A stretch of DNA of 64,000 bases from Eledone cirrhosa (GCA_964016885.1 OZ024755.1:30380001-30444000), one strand, 5' to 3'; shown: positions 27,475 to 41,320, counted from the stretch's first letter. Notes: generated by a model from the letters alone, not told the origin. A program made the numbers and translations.

Positions 27475-28380
27475 GTTATGCTTTGGGAGGGTCATGTTGC
27501 CAATAAGAAACACACGCACCAGTGCTCACTCCAATTTATTATAAATTAAATTTATAAATTTATAAATTTAAGAATTTATAAATTTCTGGTTGGTTGGTTG
27601 GTTCCACAACCAGATGATTGTTTATATATTGTCAAAGTTCTTTCGTCACACATTCTGTGACCTCTTCAGTGACTGGGGATTCTTTTCTTTGTTTTTGTGC
27701 TTCTCCTTTGTTCTGTCCTACACCATCTTGTTTTTGTGTGTTGGGTGCTTAGTTTGCGCATATGTTACATCCAGGTGTCTCTGTGTGTTTATATTTGTTC
27801 ATTTATTTGTTTATTTACATGTTACTGGTTGGTTGTTTGTTCTATGAGTATTTTCATTTTGTCCTTAATTGTAAGTTGTGATGTTGTTATTCCATTCATG
27901 TTTTCTATTTAATTTTGGTTGGAGTTCATTTATGTTTATTGCCTCTGTGATTTGTCTAAACATTGCGTATTTTATGTGTGTAGATTCTATTTTTATTTCT
28001 ATGTTCTCTAATTTACCCTTATGTTCTATTTTAACATGTTGGTGGAGTACAGATGATTATTTTCTATCTTGAAGCTCTCGCCAGTGTTCATTTATCCGTT
28101 CTCCTATACTACGAGCTGCCTCACCTATGTACACTATATTCTTATCTCTACATTGTCCTTCAGTACATCTTATGCTATATAGTACATTTCTAGTTTTACA
28201 GTTAATATGGAGGCTTAGTTTACAGATTATACATTTCTTATCTATACAGAGGCGTCTTTGAAAAGGGTATGTATTGCTAATAAGTATTTTTATGGAGGTA
28301 CCTGGTCTTTCTACTATCTTAATATTGAGTTTATGTTTATCTAGGGCCCTTCTAAATTCGTAAGCTAATTCACCTCTAAA
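27475..28380 (-). mobile_element. Penelope-like element 3' end (family C): Cys-rich linker, GIY-YIG endonuclease remnant and pLTR with hammerhead
   Basis: Manual translation of 28380->27865: ...KIVERPGTSIKILISNTYPFQRRLCIDKKCIICKLSLHINCKTRNVLYSIRCTEGQCRDKNIVYIGEAARSIGERINEH...*...FRQITEAININELQPKLNRKHEW. The one internal stop is an open codon in the 20061 copy. Flanked by (TA)n. Confidence 0.9.
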
Positions 28381-28404
28381 TATACATATATATATACATA
28401 TATA

Positions 28405-28464
<60 letters not shown>

Positions 28465-28702
28465 CATATATATATTTATATATATATTTATATATATATA
28501 TAATAAAATAGAAAATACAGGTAAGCATTAAAAAAAGGATTTTATCCAGGTATTTACGACCGTTTCATTGGTAAGCGCAACCTTATATCGCTATACTGCA
28601 AATAGCAGCCACTCGATAATAATTGTTATTCACCTCCAAATTTTCAAAATAATGCTTATTGTAACCCACGAACTGGATTACAATAAGCATTTTCCTGCTC
28701 TC

Positions 28703-28888
<186 letters not shown>

Positions 28889-28927
28889 GTAGATATACAC
28901 GGGTGTGTATGATTGTGTATAGAAGAT

Positions 28928-29317
28928 TATATTAATAAGAGGAATTCCAACTTTGTCTCATTTACTCGTTTTATTTACAATCCTTTAAAATATATAATGG
29001 TATTATAATCAAATAGTATGATAGACTATTAAATTCTAAGTGTTAATTGAACAAGTACTTTCATGCTTTCGCAATCTTCATGTTCATAATATGTGGTGAC
29101 AGTCGAGTTTGCAATTTTCACAGTTGAAAATTGCAAACTCGACTGTCACCACATATTATGAACCTGAAGATTGCGAAAGCATGAAAGTACTTGTTCAATT
29201 AACACTTAGAATTTAATATTCTATCATACTATTTCATTATAATACCATTATATATTTTAAAGGATTGTAAATAAAACGAGTAAATCAGACAAAGTTGGAA
29301 TTCCTCTTATTAATATA
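28928..29317. mobile_element. PLE pLTR family E as a palindrome with arms of about 190 bp; hammerheads at 29159-29197 (+) and 29048-29086 (-)
   Basis: Arms mirror around a 4-nt spacer (29121-29124). Plus strand reads TGAAC-CTGAAGA-TTGC(GAAA)GCAT-GAAA-GTAC-TT/GTTCA. The minus copy has ATGAAGA. Confidence 0.85.
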
Positions 29318-29331
29318 TATATATATATAAT

Positions 29332-29380
<49 letters not shown>

Positions 29381-29553
29381 ATAATAATAAATTTGAAGAC
29401 AAAAATCCAAAGAGGGCTCGATAAGGATAAATATATATTAAATATATAAGAACCGTAGAACAAATATTTATTAAAATAACAGATTGACTTTTGTAGTTTC
29501 AGAAAATCCCGTTTAGGGTGAAAGCAGGGATTCTTTGCTTAAACTTTAATCTG

Positions 29554-29905
<352 letters not shown>

Positions 29906-32900
29906 CCAATTTCATCACTTACGCACACATACGTATATCCACGTGTGCGAACAGATGATACAAAAATGATTTGTGAATGAGATTTTGTAAAAAAAAAAGA
30001 TGAGAGAAAAAGTTGTAGAAGTAAACGTAACGTTGTCCTGATTGCTGCCATATGAAAGAGTGATGGAAATTCAGATAACAAGATATATATATAGAGAGAG
30101 AGATGGGGGTAGGAACAGTGAAGGAGGGCTAAAACGACAGATACAGTTGCGATTGGTGTAATGTGATTTCTAATGAAAAAAGTAAAAGTAAGTCTAAAGG
30201 GAATACACGCATATACTATTTGATCAGGGCTATCTGTGAGATCGCGCATGTCCATCTGACTGATGGAATGAATTGTATGTAATAAAAAATATTACACAGA
30301 ATGAGAGAAATAAATAAATAAACAAACAAACAAAGAGGGGAAGAGAGAAAGAAAGAAAGAAAGAAAGAACGAGGGGAAGAGAGATGGGACAAATAAAGGG
30401 AGAGAGTAACGGAAAGAGCGAGAAAGAAAGAGCGTGCGGGACCAATGTGTGTTTTTGTGCGACAGAGGAAATGGTTATGTGTGGGTATTTGCATTTGAAT
30501 ACAGTTTTTGTTGTTAATATGAGCGTATTAGATTGAACTTGGAAGTTATTGCTCGACAAACCATGACGCATATTTCTTTACAAACCCTGTATTAATAAGA
30601 TGTAACCGTATTTGATTCCATCAGCAAATCTAGAACTTGAACAATGATGTATTTTGATGACGGTTTTCAATACGTACATGCATACATATATACATACATA
30701 CATGCATGCATGCCTGCAAGCTTCCATGCAGGCATGATTTCATACATACATACTTTCACACATACATACATTCATACATACATGATGATGGCTGCAACTC
30801 GATTTCAAGTAATGCCATCACATGATAGTTAAAGCATGAGGATCACGGACATGACTGTTTCGTGTTGCTCAGGACTTGCCTATGGTCAGCAATGAGGAAA
30901 AGCTTTGCACGGGAACAATCTCACTCTCTGTACATCGAATGCTTTCGTCCAAAAAGAAGAACTCGTCTACATCATTCGATGCAAACGAGGTCCCAGGTTT
31001 TATATCATAGTGACGTTCTCCTAGAGAGATGTCTTAATGAAGACTAGGAGTCTCTCACTCCACAAAAAAACTTAATTGGCCCGTTAACCGTTGACTCTCC
31101 TGAGGCCCTTTGCCCTTTAACAGTTTTTTTTTCACCCCACAGGGTGACCAAAATTCCCTTCCTCACCAAGCAAGCTTGGTGGGGTTGCCGGTTAGGTCAC
31201 CGACGTCCCGACCATGCATTGGTTGTACTGGGTTACATGTTACCAGTAGCGCTGAAGAGCGACCTGACATATATACATACCTGCACACACACATTCACTC
31301 ATACATGTGTACATAATACATGGTGGCTGCCAACTCGTTTTCGAGTACGGCCACTACTTTATATCCATGTAGGAGAACCCCTACCAATGCGCTGAACAAG
31401 TGTGACTTTTTAGTCCAGCCAGCGACTTGAAAACTCTGGTACAAACACTACACTTGTGACAATTATTGACACATAGTGCTGGGCCCATGGTACCATGTGA
31501 CGACAAGGGCAGAGAGATCTCCAGATATAAAGCAATGCCTGTGCCGTGAAGCTTTTATAGTGAGCAAAGGCACTGCACAAAGCCAGTCCCACTCTCTTAA
31601 CCAAGATGATATTTACCGAAATGAAGAACAAGTCAACATCATTGGATACCATCAGGGTTGCAGTTGTTATATCAGAATTTTTCTTCTCCTAGAATTCTGC
31701 CTTGACAAAGGCTAAGGGGTCATCTACCCCGGTGATTTTGGATGGCCATTGACTCTTAAGAGCTCCTTTGCCCTTTGACATGTCACCCTCCTCACCAAGA
31801 AACCTTGGTGGGGTTGCCTGTTTAGTCGCCAACGACCCGACCATGAGACAGGTTGTACTGGGATACATGTTACCAGTAGCACCAACTGGTGACCTGACAT
31901 ATGCATACATACATGCATACATATGTACATACATACATAATGGTTGCCCTCTCGTTTTCGTGTATGGCCATTGCACGGTATAACATTATTAATAACTATC
32001 AAAGCGGTGGATTGGCAGTATCGGTAGAGGGCGGACGCCATGCTTTGACGCATAGAGTTACGGCCCTTGCCATTCTGAGTTCAAATCCCGCCGGGGTTTA
32101 CTTTGCCTTTCATCCTTACGGGGTCGATAAAATAAAGTACCAGTAATACACTGGGATAATTGCTGGCCTTGTGCCAAAAGTAGAAACAATTATTAATAAC
32201 TATCAATTAATGAAGCTTTATCTTTCTCATAAATGTATGTATGTATATGTATGCATGAGAATGTATATACGCGGGGACATAGAAATAATCAGGCTGGATA
32301 CCCGATCGCGCAGTTAATCCACTGGGAGTGAAGGACCCCCTAGCCTTTGTCAGGGCATTCTTCTAGGAGAAGGCAACTCAAGAAACTGGGATGACTCCGA
32401 CATAAAACCCGTGGCTCAGTATTTACCGATGATGTTTTCAAGAAAATAATTGTTTCTGCTTTTGGCACAACACCAGCAATTATCCCAGTGCATTACTGGT
32501 ACTTTACTTTATCGACTCCGTAAGGATGAAAGCAAAGTTAACCTCGGCGGAATTTGAACTCAGACCATAAAAGAGCGTAACTCTATGCTGCAAAGCATGG
32601 CGCCCGACCTTCTACCGATACTGCCAATCCCCCGCCCTTGTTTACAAAATAATGATGATTTCTAATTTAGGCAAAATATCAGTAATATCGGATGTGAGGA
32701 AAGTCAATTAAATCGATATCAGTATTTTACTGTGATTTATCTTATCGAACTCTGAAAGGATGTGACAAAAAATTTGACCTGAGTGGTATTTTAAACACAG
32801 AACTTAAAAAGCCATAACAAACACCACAAAACATTTGTCTGACGCTCTAGCGATCCTGAAAATTCGCAGCCCTTGTTCTCAAGGTAGCAAAACCAATCAT

Positions 32901-33025
32901 AATATTCGTTTGTCTTTGCTTTTCTTCCCCTACAAACTATTCGTAATTTAAATTTCATGTCTCCCCTACATACCCTACTGCAGAGTCTCTAATCCCAAAC
33001 AATATTTCCTCTGTTCATTTACATT

Positions 33026-33537
33026 AGAGGTTCACAAACCTTTCGGACCCCCTCCCCCTCATGGCCACGTAATACCCTCAGCGCGCCCAGCACTATTTCC
33101 AGAGAGACCTGCCTATACGCAAATTGTAAATAATATATAATAAATAAAATCGTTAATTTATATATAATAAATAATATACTTTTTTCTACTTTAGGTACAA
33201 GGCCAGCAATTACCCAGTGCATTACCGTAAGGATGAAAGGCAAAGTCAACCTCGGCGGGATTTGAACTCAGATCGTAAAGAGACGTAACTATGCTGGAAA
33301 GCATGGCGTCCGACCCTCTACCGATACTGCCAATCCACCGCCATATATAATAAATAATATCATATAGACTATGTATAAATAAATATTTTATATTTTTTAT
33401 TTTACTATATTTATATATAATATGTATCATTTGATATTTGATATACTATTATATCATCTCTACCGCCCCTTTAAGAGCCAGTGTCCCCTGAACCTTCTAA
33501 ACGCCCCCGTGTGGCTGTAGCACTTTGAGAACCTACG
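33026..33537. mobile_element. hAT (Charlie-like) MITE remnant interrupted by a SINE
   Basis: Ends TAGAGGTTCACAAA / TTTGAGAACCTACG. A similar lone TIR CAGTGTTTCCCAA is at about 61855. Confidence 0.5.
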
Positions 33538-34886
33538 ATTAGAGGGGACTTGTCATCAATTGAGCATATATGTATGGCTGATAAATGATAAATGATTAAA
33601 TAAAAGCCTACAAGTAAGCGCATGATCACAAATGAGAACATTAAATCAAGTTTATAAATATCAATTTACATATACCAGAGCTCGTCAAACATATTTTTAA
33701 ACATGTATTTTGTCACCGACGACAATAAATATGGTATATAAACTACGTTGTACGAAGTTGGTAGGTAGATACAGGTAAATTACACTGAAGGTGTATTAGT
33801 AACTTCATTTAATGACTAATATATTTGGATAAGAAAATATTTAACTGATATTTGTCTTTTATGTTACTTTATCTACTAAGGTTTTCTTAATTAAATTTCA
33901 TCAATTTATATATTGCAAACAATAAAAAGATAATGTCAAAATATTTTAACAAAGTTAAAATATCTACTTTAAATTCAATTTCTTAATTCGTTTTCCAATA
34001 ACGTTTTATTTGCAAAGCTCAGAAAACAAAATCAAATCCTAAACAAAATCAAACGTGGACATTAAAATAATGCGCAATTCAAATTTAAATATATGACCAA
34101 CATTTATTTGTTTGTGAAATATAATAATGTACTGAAGCAAAAAAATATTATATTCATCAACATATAAATATATTTGATAATATAATTGCTAAATATACAA
34201 GAGCGCTTATGTCTAAAGAATTTGAAAAGATTAATTTATATCATATAAAGATAACAACACCTCCATTTAGGAATGATGGAAAGAGTAATACGGAGTTAAC
34301 CATATTTCCGTTTTAGAAATATGCTTTGAGAATATGAGAATTATTACAACAAATTGCTTAGATTGAGATGCACACTTGGAGACTTTCCATTGATTAATAC
34401 CACAGTGACAAGTAAGGTGCAGCTGGTAACCCTAATTCCATTACTAGAGAGGGCACATCGACACATAAACATGTACATTGTATCTCCAAAACTAGCTAGT
34501 AGGGCGAAACTGATACTATATATGGAATCACTAACTGCGTATGTAGACATGAATTGGTCTAACTTTACAAGTGCCAGTAATAATTTAAGTGTATTTCAGA
34601 GGTGGCCAACACGACTATTTCAATAACACATACGATAATGTGGTACCAAGTACCTCGTTCAGTTTTTGATGTGACACACAAGTATATTTTCATATTTACG
34701 CATCTTCCTGTTTATTGTATATTTGTTTTTGTTGCTATTTTAAATCTAAATGTTGTAAATCCCGGCTGCTGCAATTACATTCTGGTTAAAGTTGATTAAA
34801 GTGTTTCTGTTCCGTTAGTTCATACTTTAAAGAGATGAAGAAGAGATGCACTCATGGCTTAATTCAGGGCATCCGAGACTAGTTGG

Positions 34887-34888
<2 letters not shown>

Positions 34889-34921
<33 letters not shown>

Positions 34922-35600
34922 AAATATTGTGTACAGTGTTCAGGTGCACTACAACTCATCAAAAGTGTATGTATAGTACATAGGGTAATGTACAAACGTC
35001 AGGAAAATGAACAGTGCATGAGTCATGATATACACATGTGTGCATGTATGGAAGGGGTACATCAGGTGTAGTTTTGGCGAATTTCGGGAAGCATGAGGGT
35101 TTTAAAGGATGCAGTGTCTCGGCAGCTAACAACTGACGCAGGCAGTTTGTTCCATGCTTCAGCAACTCTAAGCGTGAAAAAATGTTTCCGAAAGTCATGG
35201 GAGCTGTGCTGTTTTCTGACTTTGTAGGCATGTCCACGTGTGTTAGACACATGGAGATCAAAAAGGTGCTCAGGGTTGTTGTTGGCGAGATGGTTAATAA
35301 CTTTGTGGGTGTTTACCAAGTCAGTTGCCAGACGTTGGAGCTTCAATGTATCCATGCCCAGTGAAGCAAGGCGTTCAGAGTATGGTAGGTGTCTGATGGA
35401 GGGTATGCGCTTGGTTGCACGTCTCTGAACAGTTTCCAGGAGGTCAATGTTCTGAGCAAGATAGGGGTTCCAGACCGGTGATGCGAATTTCAAGTGTGGT
35501 CGTACCATAGCTGTATACAGCTTTAAATAGATGGCTGGAGAGCGTCTAACAAAGGTATTGCTGAGTGATGCCAAGACACTTTCGGCCTTCTTGACAATCT
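34889..35600 (-). mobile_element. CR1-group LINE 3' fragment with (TTA)n tail
   Basis: LYTAMVRPHLKFASPVWNP...LETVQRRATK...TRGHAYK...FFTLRVAEAWNKLP. Shorter copy at about 49506-49785 (-). Confidence 0.9.
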
Positions 35601-36469
35601 TAGAGCAAAGGTATTCTCAAAAGAAAGATCTACACTTAAGCCTTGCCAGAGATTATATTCTAATAAAGACACCCAAGTGCCATTTAAAGATATTAAAGAA
35701 GGTGAGAGGTTACGTTTACCGCGTAAGTATGAGACAGCCTGATTTGAACACATAAGATAAAGAAGGGGAACACATACCGGAAGACATCTCGTCCATTTCC
35801 CTAATATGTTCACTGATTTTCCATATTAATAGCTATGATAAGGCATCAATTATACAAATAGCTTTTATGTATTGTATGTCTAATTTCGAGAAACACTCTC
35901 GTGTCAGAACAAGATGTAGAATATATATATATATTTCTTCGAATAATTAGTGTTCTTTGTTTGTACCCATAAATCATTGTAAACAAGATTATTGCTTTGC
36001 AGAAAATAATTGTTGATATAATTGCGATATATTCAATCCTTAAGTTAATTCATTGATTCGAACGCTGTTATTAAAGAGTTTTACGAGTAAAGAGAGGCCA
36101 GTTGTGGTGTTGATAATGATACTGTTTTCATTAACACCACATTTCCACAATACACTTTATATAAACAGTAATATTATATTATGATTTTCTTTGTTTCGTT
36201 TTTTTTTCTTCTGCAAATGAGGCACACTTAAACTATGAATTGTTGTGTTGGCTTACTAAAAACATGATCGTGATGAAAGTGAAAGAAAATATATCATATA
36301 GATTATATATTCATGTTATGAGGCTTGTTTTCATTCCAAATATCTCCCCTTTGTAGCCGTATTTATGAAATAGAATTTCTTATTGCTTTATTACGTGACA
36401 TTGTTTCCTATATTTACATATATTCATATAAAGAGAGGCTCTTGGCTGTTAACTTATTTATATGCAATC

Positions 36470-37790
36470 TGAGGCTACATAAAGTCAAGAGATCCCACAA
36501 AACCTGCAGGTCCAGCTCGACCTATAGGATAAAGTGGGAAGCCTCGGCAGATAAGGAAGTCAGGAACAGGTTTTCCGGATAATAATGCATCCAAATTCAG
36601 AGAACTTCCTTATTTAACTGTGGAAGTTGAAACAGAGTGGAGACCTTTTAGCTCGACAATTTCTGCTTCAGCTGTTAAATGCAGTGGGCGACATGGGCTT
36701 TGTGTAGCGCCGTGTTGCAGGAGGAACTCTGCATTCAATTAAGTGATCAAAGAAGCCATCCGCGCAAAACGAAGGCTTACAAATCTTGGCTGGAAAATAA
36801 GTCCTCCATTTTGCATTTACGGTGCTAGCAGGCGCAGTAAAGTTGCAGCAGCAGAGACAGTAAAGGCCTCCAAAGTTAAGATTTTGGGGTTAAACCGGAA
36901 TCCGACTTCAAATCAGCAAATAAAGTATTCTGGCAGAGCCTCCGCCGACTTCATAAGTCATCAACCAAGCCTGCTATCAGGAACGTGTCAAGAGGTCTCT
37001 GCTATCCAGATAGGAGCATCCTCGCAGGGTGGAGAGAATACTTTTCTGCTCTCCCAAAGCCGGTCACAACAGCATCTCCTGATGTACATGAGTTGCATAT
37101 GGGAGTGATGACTAATATCTTGGAGGCTGAGGTCGCAAGAGCAATTCAAGAGCTCAAATGTGGCAAGACTCTGGAGAGGATGAAATTCGGGCCGAAATGT
37201 TAAAAGCCTTAAATATAGAGGGCTCGTATTACTGACTCGTGTGTGCCTGGTGACCTGGGTTTCTTGGAAAGCACCAAAGCAATGGCAATCGGGAGGGATG
37301 ATTCCAATTTTCAAAAAGGGAGACAATAGAGATTGCTCCTTGTTAAGCCTCCTCAGTAAAGCCTATGCTAAGTGTCTAGCATGTACGGGTATTGTTAAAG
37401 CCCAAGATAGCTGACTAACAATGTAGTTTTCGCCCTGGACACAGCAGAACTGACCAAATATTCAAACTGTGACTTTTCTTTGAGAAATCGCGGGAGTATT
37501 GTCAAGAGGTGTATGCTTGTTTCTTAGACATCGAAAAGGCATACGACCGTGTACTCGGGAAGCTGTTGTGGTAGAGATGGTCAGCTTCTTGTTGCCCTGA
37601 TATCCCCATATGAATGTGTTAGAATTTGGTTTTGGAGAAATGTCCAAAACATTCAATGTAGTTATCGTACTGACATTTCTGTTTATAATCTTCTTGGAAA
37701 TAATTGACATACACCGCAGGATTGGAGGAAGCGGTATCTGATGCTGTAAGATTAGACTGCTGGAATTTGTGGATAACAATGGTACTACTT
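36470..37790 (+). mobile_element. Decayed RTE-clade (Expander/Rex3-like) LINE RT region
   Basis: EVARAIQELKCGK, DEIRAEMLKAL, WQSGGMIPIFKKGD, QCSFRPGHSRTDQIF, ACFLDIEKAYDRV across frameshifts. A related 5' piece lies at about 25330-25720. Confidence 0.85.
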
Positions 37791-38150
37791 ACCTACTCAG
37801 GTAAAGATACATGTGTATATATATGGCAAATTAGTTTGACAATCAACAACTAAACAACCATGCAGTTAGTAAACTAACCGACTGGGAAATTATAATAATA
37901 AATTTAAATTGAAATGAAGTGAAAACCAACAGGTTCGTGTGTTTTTATTGGCAGTATGACCCTCCCAAAATATAACAATACTGAGACCCATCTTTTTCAG
38001 TTCAGTGGGTCTATACGCCCCGTTATTAAGACTATGTTATTTAGTCAAATGTTACAGCAAAGCCTTTTATTTCTAGGTCAATTTATAACAATATATTTTT
38101 CAACGCACGTATTCAGGTATAAAATCTTGCAAAACAAATATACAAATGAA

Positions 38151-38198
<48 letters not shown>

Positions 38199-38364
38199 GA
38201 AAAGAGTCAGGACCCCGAAGGCTGAGCTCCGGCCGTTTCGACAGCTAGATCCGGAGCTTAGCCGTCGGGGTCCTGACTCATTTCCTATTACCCACTCTAC
38301 TACACTAAGTATTGAGTACTCTGGTGCGTTATGGTCCACATGGTATCTTACCACACCCTCTTTG

Positions 38365-38398
<34 letters not shown>

Positions 38399-38401
38399 CT
38401 T

Positions 38402-38900
38402 CTAGTGTGTCCATGTAGGGGCTCCCAAAGGAGCACTGAGTGCAATGTCAACTCTGGATGTCGGTGAGCATGTCCAGCCAACCTCAGTCTCCTCTGTGTC
38501 ACTTTTGAGATGACTTTTGGGATGCTCCCATACAGCTCTGAGTTTTTCATCCTCAGTGTATACTGATTAATGTTCAGAGCCATCCTCAGCATTCTCGTGT
38601 AGCACCCATCCACCATCTGAGTGAGTCTCTTGGTCAGTGTCCAAGTCTCAGACCCATACAGCAGCACAGACTCCACTACAGCAATGAAGAGGCGGATTTT
38701 CAGGTCTCTACGAAGGTCCGACTTCCACACCGATCACACTAGAAGAGGAAGACCAAGGTTAACATATGTTGATGCCCTAAGGACAGACACTGGTCTGTTG
38801 GAGATGCAGGATATGGCAGCGATAATGAGGGACAGAGACCGCTGGAGAGAACTCGTCCATGGATCTCGGGAATTTTACCCGCCTTAGATAGATAGATAGA
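38402..38900. mobile_element. RTE/RTEX-type LINE 3' end with 5' inversion, (TAGA)n tail and TSD
   Basis: Minus segment 38730->38402 ends ...ESVLLYGSETWTL...LLWEPLHGHTR. Plus segment from about 38735 continues HTRRGRPRLTYVD...RDRWR. TSD ATATATAACTT on both sides. Confidence 0.9.
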
Positions 38901-39325
38901 TATATAACTTTACTCCTGGCATAATCACATGACAGGTGAGATACCTTTTGATAGGCTAAGTCAGCTGCTGCTATTTTCATCATCCTCTCACCTACCTACC
39001 AGCAGCCCTTTTCTCATCTGGCAACTGTAGGGAGCAATCACACAGGTGGCCACAGTGTAGGACAAAGTTGTTTGGCCTTGTAGGAGGGCCTGTTGATAAG
39101 GTCCCGTATTCTTAGTTAGCCAACAATCAATTTTCATTAATCGTGGTTGCCAATTTTTTTCGACCAAACCAAAATATTCTGATCCAATAAGAAAAGAATC
39201 TGTAAATATCTCAACTCCTTCTTTGATAAACTGTTGGAATTCTTACATTTCTCTGATCGTTATCCGCCTGTTCGTTATGCATGGCTACTCCTGTCCTCTG
39301 AAAAATCGATTACACGCAAAGACAA

Positions 39326-39745
39326 AAAGGCCAGATGGCATGACCATCTTCCCGTTCCGCGGTGGCAAACCCCTCGTCTGGGACGTCACTTGCACCGATA
39401 CTTTCTGCAGCCGCAACCTGGTGCAGTCTGCGACTGACCCAGGTTCTGCTGCACGTCGGGCTGAGGGGGTCAAACTCCTCAAATACCAGTCGCTGTCCGA
39501 CAGGTTTGCGGTCGTTCCCCTGGCAGTGGAAACTTCTGGTGTCCTCGGCCCCAGGGCTACCTCCTTACTCACCACCATAGGCGCCGAGCTGGCCAGCCGC
39601 AGGTGTGAGCCCCGCGAGTTGGAGTGGCTTTTCCAGTGCGTCTCCCTTGCCGTCCTCCGGGGAAACGCCTTCTCCATTCTGTCCGCCGGGGCCCCATCGC
39701 GTACTAATACATTAGTTAAATACCATTCTTTCATCTGATATATAT
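39326..39745 (+). mobile_element. CRE-clade non-LTR retrotransposon 3' end (restriction-like endonuclease)
   Basis: KRPDGMTIFPFRGGKPLVWDVTC...KYQSL...VPLAVETSGVLG...SLAVLRGNA. GC-rich and open, so probably young. Confidence 0.88.
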
Positions 39746-40073
39746 AACTTCAGTTATACCATTTATGCGGTTTTGTCTTTGCGTGTAATTGTTCTCACCG
39801 CTCCACATAATGACGTATTTCTTCGTTTTTTCCGTTCATTGCCAGAGAACGTCTCCATGAACCATCTAATAGAATATTAGTCTACGATTACATTTATACC
39901 ATAAACGTGGTTTTGTCTTTGCGTGTAATTGTTTCCACCGCACCAAATAATAACGTGTTATCTTCGTTTTTTTTCCATTCTTTTCCAGGGAACGTTTCCA
40001 CGAAGCAAAGTATCGTCTTCCTGCCTTCCTTCCTTCGGCTGCAACATTTTTTGAAATATTTACTTCTGCGTTC

Positions 40074-40248
40074 ACAGATTGACTTTTTTTAGTTTCAGAA
40101 GATCCCGTTAAAGGTGAAAGCAGCGATTCTTTGCTTAAACTTTAATCTGTTATTTTAATAAATATTTGCTCTACGGTTCTTATATATCTGATATATATTT
40201 ATCCTTATCGAGCCCTCTTTGGATTTTAGTCTTCAAATTTATTATTAT

Positions 40249-40252
<4 letters not shown>
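40074..40252 (+). mobile_element. PLE-like pLTR family D with non-canonical hammerhead (40091-40141)
   Basis: ACAGATT..AGTTT-CAGAAGA-TCCCGTTAAAGGT-GAAA-GCAG(CGATTCT)TTGC-TT/AAACT-TT-AATCTGT, ending at (TA)n. Other copies, mostly with inversions: about 1307-1435, 29377-29560, 55962-56030, 59270-59437. Confidence 0.75.
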
Positions 40253-40293
<41 letters not shown>

Positions 40294-40420
40294 AGTTAAA
40301 CAAGGTTCAATGAATACATCAAAGAATGAGTTTTACAATAGATTGGAAGCACTCAACAAAAAATGTTTTCCAGAGTTATTATTAATTCAAAATATTAACA
40401 AAATTCTTGCGATCAATTAT

Positions 40421-40485
40421 ATTTTATTATACATATTTCAGAGGTACTGAGTTAAGTTCAACAGTACGTCCTCACCAGATAAAAT
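40421..40485 (-). ncRNA. Hammerhead ribozyme (family J)
   Basis: Minus strand: ATTTTAT-CTGGTGA-GGACGTACTG(12 nt)CAGTACCTCT-GAAA-TATGTA-TA/ATAAAAT. The inverted partial copy near 42616 reads CTGATAA, so the likely ancestral core is CTGATGA. Confidence 0.75.
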
Positions 40486-41320
40486 AAAATGATACATGAC
40501 ATACCCTGACATAGTAGATGGTTAAGATTCAATCAAGGTAGTGATTAACTTATGACAAAACTCAATATTTATACCCTAATATTGAGAACATGAGATAACA
40601 TAATACAAACATATATGTATATCTAGGTATAAATTTAACAAACCATAATAGCTGACAAATATTGGTTTATCTCTCCACTGAACTGGAGGTAAAACTACAA
40701 TTATAACATTACTAACAATGATTATAATTATTATTTTTTATTAAATGTATACCCTTTCATTAATACCTATAATTATATCTATATATAGTTGTACAAATAT
40801 CTTTATCTAGTGTAATAACATAATCGTAGTTACATTTATAAATAATTTAGACACTCAAATGACTTTATATTGTTATAAGTGTTTGGTATTCTCTGGAAGG
40901 TCGAACTTATATAAACATTTACTTAATATAATATAATTTAATTCAACTTATTTTGTTTTATTTTATTTTAATTAAATTTAGATTACCTTCAGCTTTTTCA
41001 AATATTTAGCGCTTCCTTATATCACATTCGATAAAATAATTTAGAGATATCTTTTCTATACTTTATTAAAACCCTATTGCATTTATTTCTAATTTTGGGC
41101 ATCTTTAAATTTCACAAATAATTCATTTTCTTCTATTTGTATATTTATTTTGTATCTAGCCCCTATCATTAGGACTCATATAGTATATATCAACGAAATG
41201 AAAATAATTGATATAAAACATTAATTTTTTAACAATATTTTTGACTATATATATTTTTGAACAATATCTTCAGGAAATTATTTACAATATTGCATTAAAG
41301 CATTATTGTAATATATTATT

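Noticed and set aside
34330-34800. Possible ancient LINE RT remnant
   Set aside because: The motifs are too eroded to support a call by eye.
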